Made by a program: the position numbers and the translations under genes | From: a virus | Lineage: Duplodnaviria; Caudoviricetes | IMG/VR virus record: IMGVR_UViG_3300048578_000390 | Location: 1 to 28,064 of that record | Direction: 5' to 3' (one strand) | Length of the DNA: 28,064 nucleotides | The notes under the pieces: model-generated | The model's input: only the letters and a program-made list of their open reading frames with translations | What the model was told of the DNA's origin: nothing | The model's database searches: none | Shown: positions 25,677 through 28,064 of the stretch, in pieces | How the letters are laid out: the number at the start of each line of letters is the position of its first letter | Numbering within the stretch: position 1 is the first letter of the stretch

Positions 25677-26406
25677 CGGGGCAGGCCTTGGCGACATCGC
25701 CGCCGAAGCGCTCGGTCTTTCTCATGCCTGGTTTTGCGAATGTGATCCCTATGCCCGCGCTGTGCTGGCCAAACGCTGGCCGGGTGTTCCCGTCCATTAT
25801 GATGTGAGGGACATCCATGCGCAAAACGTCAAACAGGTCGATATTGTTATCGGAGGCTTCCCGTGCCAGGACATCAGTTGTGCCGGGACGGGAGCCGGCA
25901 TCACGGGCAAGCGATCCGGCTTATGGTCTGAGTACGCCCGTATTCTTGGCGAGCTACGACCCCGGTACGCAGTCGTGGAAAACGTCAAGGCGCTCCTCGG
26001 CCGGGGCATCGATCGCGTTCTTGGGGACCTGGCCGAGATCGGGTATGATGCGGAGTGGGACGTGTTTCCGGCGGCAGCCTTTGGCGCCCCGCATCTGCGT
26101 GAGCGGGTTATCCTTGTTGCCTACCCCGGCGGCGATCGAGGGCCAGCCCGTGCGCCAATACTTGCGCCGGGAGGAGACTTGGCAATCCACCGGCAACCTG
26201 ACGGCCCGGTTGATTGGAATGGCCTGCGGCTTACGGGACCGCGATCCCAAGCCGCCGTATCGGCTTATAGCGGCCCCGTCGTTTGTCGAGTGGATGATGG
26301 GTGTGCCCATTGGCTGGACCGACTTAGGTGCCTCGGAAACGGCATCACGCCTCCTGTCCTGCGCTGGGCACTTGGGCGGATAATGATGGCCGAAAACTGC
26401 GCGTAA
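25654..26406 (+). CDS. DNA (cytosine-5) methyltransferase, large (alpha-like) chain, in the mom position
   Basis: Motif I SLFSGAG, IV GGFPCQD, VI ENV, VIII PHLRER and X RLRCLGNG; motif IX not evident; TTG start with AGGAG. Confidence 0.92.
   Translation: MYVGSLFSGAGLGDIAAEALGLSHAWFCECDPYARAVLAKRWPGVPVHYDVRDIHAQNVKQVDIVIGGFPCQDISCAGTGAGITGKRSGLWSEYARILGELRPRYAVVENVKALLGRGIDRVLGDLAEIGYDAEWDVFPAAAFGAPHLRERVILVAYPGGDRGPARAPILAPGGDLAIHRQPDGPVDWNGLRLTGPRSQAAVSAYSGPVVCRVDDGCAHWLDRLRCLGNGITPPVLRWALGRIMMAENCA
25817..26383 (+). CDS. Nested +1-frame ORF, putative beta chain of the methyltransferase
   Basis: GAGGG 25806-25810 lies 6 nt before the ATG; 188 codons; contains LLPTP and the motif-IX-like PSFVEWMMGVPIGWT. 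Confidence 0.65.
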   Translation: MRKTSNRSILLSEASRARTSVVPGREPASRASDPAYGLSTPVFLASYDPGTQSWKTSRRSSAGASIAFLGTWPRSGMMRSGTCFRRQPLAPRICVSGLSLLPTPAAIEGQPVRQYLRREETWQSTGNLTARLIGMACGLRDRDPKPPYRLIAAPSFVEWMMGVPIGWTDLGASETASRLLSCAGHLGG

Positions 26407-26456
26407 AAAGGCAGAACGATGGGGAGGGGTAAAGGGCTCAGAAGGCGCTTAGCCCC

Positions 26457-26503
26457 TTCTCATTTTGCCTGAAACGATTTCTCATTTTGATTGAGCGCTT
26501 ACA
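26457..26503. repeat. Mu-like right end: two transposase-binding repeats and terminal CA
   Basis: TTCTCATTTTG at 26457-26467 and 26479-26489 (22-bp period), then CA at 26502-26503. Confidence 0.75.
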
Positions 26504-26561
26504 GTCGGACGCCTGATGGATGGCTCGGCAGGACAAAAGGCGCTCGGAGGGAATCGGTAGG

Positions 26562-26603
26562 AAAAAGAAAAAGGGCTTACAGCGTTTTGTGCTGTAAGCC
26601 CTT
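26562..26603 (-). terminator. Rho-independent terminator downstream of the tRNA 3' end
   Basis: Perfect 13-bp inverted repeat AAGGGCTTACAGC 26571-26583 / 26591-26603, with a T tract on the - strand. Confidence 0.85.
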
Positions 26604-26611
26604 GAATTGTC

Positions 26612-26656
26612 TGGTTGCGGGGGTGGGATTTGAACCCACGATCTTCGGGTTATGAG
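26612..26656 (-). tRNA. 3' fragment of initiator tRNA-Met (CAT); att site, not a complete gene
   Basis: The - strand reads CTCATAACCCGAAGATCGTGGGTTCAAATCCCACCCCCGCAACCA (anticodon loop, T arm, CCA); the 5' half is absent. Confidence 0.88.
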
Positions 26657-26738
26657 AACTAAGAGCAGTTTGTTTACTGATTTGTGCTGATGGCTACTAG
26701 CTTTGATATTATTGAATTTTTATCTTGCTCGACGGCTA

Positions 26739-26766
26739 TTGACTTGTACCGATTTTTACCTAAATT
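26739..26766 (+). promoter_or_regulatory. Possible sigma70 promoter of the integrase
   Basis: TTGACT, 16-nt spacer, TAAATT in an AT-rich stretch. Confidence 0.4.
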
Positions 26767-26775
26767 GACCTTGTG

Positions 26776-26877
26776 TGTTGGGTATAGTGTTGGGAGCGAA
26801 GTTGACGGAATCCCGCGTTGCGCTTCGGTTCCCTGTCTTTTGGGGGTGGTGAATCTGCTCCCAACATCCTCCCAACA
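26776..26877. repeat. TGTTGGG/CCCAACA repeats, possible integrase arm-type sites
   Basis: TGTTGGG at 26776 and 26788; CCCAACA at 26860 and 26871. Confidence 0.55.
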
Positions 26878-26888
26878 AGGAGGCCGCC

Positions 26889-28064
26889 ATGCCAGCCAAG
26901 GAACGATTTCGGACGGATTATGTAGGGGTGTTCTATATCGTCGGGACCGCTGTCACCTCGGACAGACCCGAGCGGATTTATTACATCCACTACCGCCGCG
27001 ACGGGAAGCTGATCGAGGAAAAAGCCGGCAGGCAATTTCAGGACGCCATGACGCCGGCCAAAGCCTCGCGCATCCGGGCGGAAAGGATCGAGGGTAAAGC
27101 GCCGTCGAACACTGCCCGACGAGAAGCAGCCGAGGCTGCCAAGGAAGCCGAGGAAGGACGCTGGACCATCGCCAAGCTGTGGGAGGCGTACAAGGCCGGG
27201 AAGCCGGGCCTCAAGGGCCTCGTGACCGACGAGAACCGCTACAAGAATTTCATCCTCCCCACCTTTGGCGGCAAGGCTCCTGCGGAAATCATCGCCCTGG
27301 ACGTGGACCGCTTGCGGATTAAGCTGCTCAAGACTCACCGACCCGGCACAGTCAAGAATGTCCTGGAACTGCTGCGGCGGATCATCAATTACGGCTGCAA
27401 AAAGAATCTGTGCCCCGGGCCGGGATTTGTGGTGGAGCTTCCCCGGGCGCAAAGCCTCAAGACGGAAGACCTCGCCCCGGAAAAATTGGCCGAGCTGCTT
27501 AAGGCCATTGATGAAGACGACCACCCCTTTGCCGGGCCTATCATGAAGTTGGCATTGTTTTCGGGACTACGGAAGTCGGAAATGCTCAAATTGCAGTGGA
27601 GCCATATCGACTTCCGAAACGGTGTGATTCACCTCCCCGACGCCAAGAGCGGACAGGATGAAAAAGTCCCCCTCAGTGACACGGCAAGGGAATTGCTCGA
27701 ATCTCTGCCGAGGACCAGCGATTTTGTCTTTCCCGGTCGGGCCGGCGGTCAGCGTGTCTACATTCAGCGGTACGTCAACGCCATCAGGGACAAGGCCAGT
27801 TTGCCCCGGAGTTTCCGGGCGCTGCATGGCCTGCGACACGTTTATGCCTCCCTGCTGGCGTCCTCGGGCAGGGTGGACATGTATACCTTGCAAAAACTTT
27901 TGACGCACAAGTCTCCTATGATGACCCAGCGATACGCCCATCTTCGGGACGACGCCATGAAACAGGCGGCTGACGTGGCCGGCGAAATCGTGAATGGTCT
28001 TGCTGCGGACATTGCGAAAGTCCCGGCACAGAAGGTGGTCCCCATGGCCAAGAGGCAACGGTAA
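26889..28064 (+). CDS. int: Tyrosine recombinase/integrase
   Basis: AGGAGG RBS; catalytic GLRKSE, K (DAKSG), HGLRH, LTHKS and RYAH; N-terminal arm-binding-like domain. Confidence 0.95.
   Translation: MPAKERFRTDYVGVFYIVGTAVTSDRPERIYYIHYRRDGKLIEEKAGRQFQDAMTPAKASRIRAERIEGKAPSNTARREAAEAAKEAEEGRWTIAKLWEAYKAGKPGLKGLVTDENRYKNFILPTFGGKAPAEIIALDVDRLRIKLLKTHRPGTVKNVLELLRRIINYGCKKNLCPGPGFVVELPRAQSLKTEDLAPEKLAELLKAIDEDDHPFAGPIMKLALFSGLRKSEMLKLQWSHIDFRNGVIHLPDAKSGQDEKVPLSDTARELLESLPRTSDFVFPGRAGGQRVYIQRYVNAIRDKASLPRSFRALHGLRHVYASLLASSGRVDMYTLQKLLTHKSPMMTQRYAHLRDDAMKQAADVAGEIVNGLAADIAKVPAQKVVPMAKRQR

Larger units (their letters stand above)
1..26503 (+). mobile_element. Mu-like transposable prophage, late region and right end (left half outside window); probably non-contractile tail
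   Basis: Mu-type gene order (gp25/26/27-like, terminase, DUF935-type portal, MuF, I protease, gpT, gp36, gp37, com), a terminal CA with repeated end-binding sites, and no sheath or baseplate genes. Confidence 0.93.
26612..28064. mobile_element. End of a tRNA-fMet-integrated element (island or prophage) that continues beyond the window
   Basis: Displaced tRNA 3' fragment next to a tyrosine integrase. Confidence 0.78.

Noticed and set aside
26497-26582. GCTTACAG shared by the phage end and the terminator arm
   Set aside because: Only 8 nt, straddles the junction, and has no plausible mechanism; likely chance
26684-27097. 137-aa ORF overlapping the integrase start
   Set aside because: Runs through the promoter/att region and out of frame into int; no RBS or motifs
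26889-28064. Integrase as part of the Mu-like prophage
   Set aside because: It lies beyond the CA terminus and the tRNA att fragment; Mu-like phages use a DDE transposase

Overview
Positions 1-26503 are the late half and right end of a GC-rich Mu-like (transposable) prophage, with all protein genes on the + strand. In order: lysis genes, terminase, portal, MuF with a C-terminal nuclease-like extension, protease/scaffold, gpT-type capsid, neck genes, and a non-contractile tail module (tube, frameshifted chaperone, 2575-aa tape measure, two tip/fibre proteins). Then come a patatin phospholipase and a com plus C5-cytosine methyltransferase pair in the mom position; the methyltransferase appears split into two nested reading frames. 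The prophage ends at a ...CA-3' terminus (26503) preceded by two 11-bp repeats. About 110 bp further on lie a terminator, a 3' fragment of tRNA-fMet (att site) and the tyrosine integrase of a second, independent integrative element. The least explained signals are two four-way-junction (cloverleaf) structures that fold best or equally well on the - strand: 6719-6814, with its own sigma70-like promoter, right after the MuF-nuclease gene, and 25351-25428, just before com. All protein calls come from motif recognition and synteny by eye; no searches or folding programs were run.
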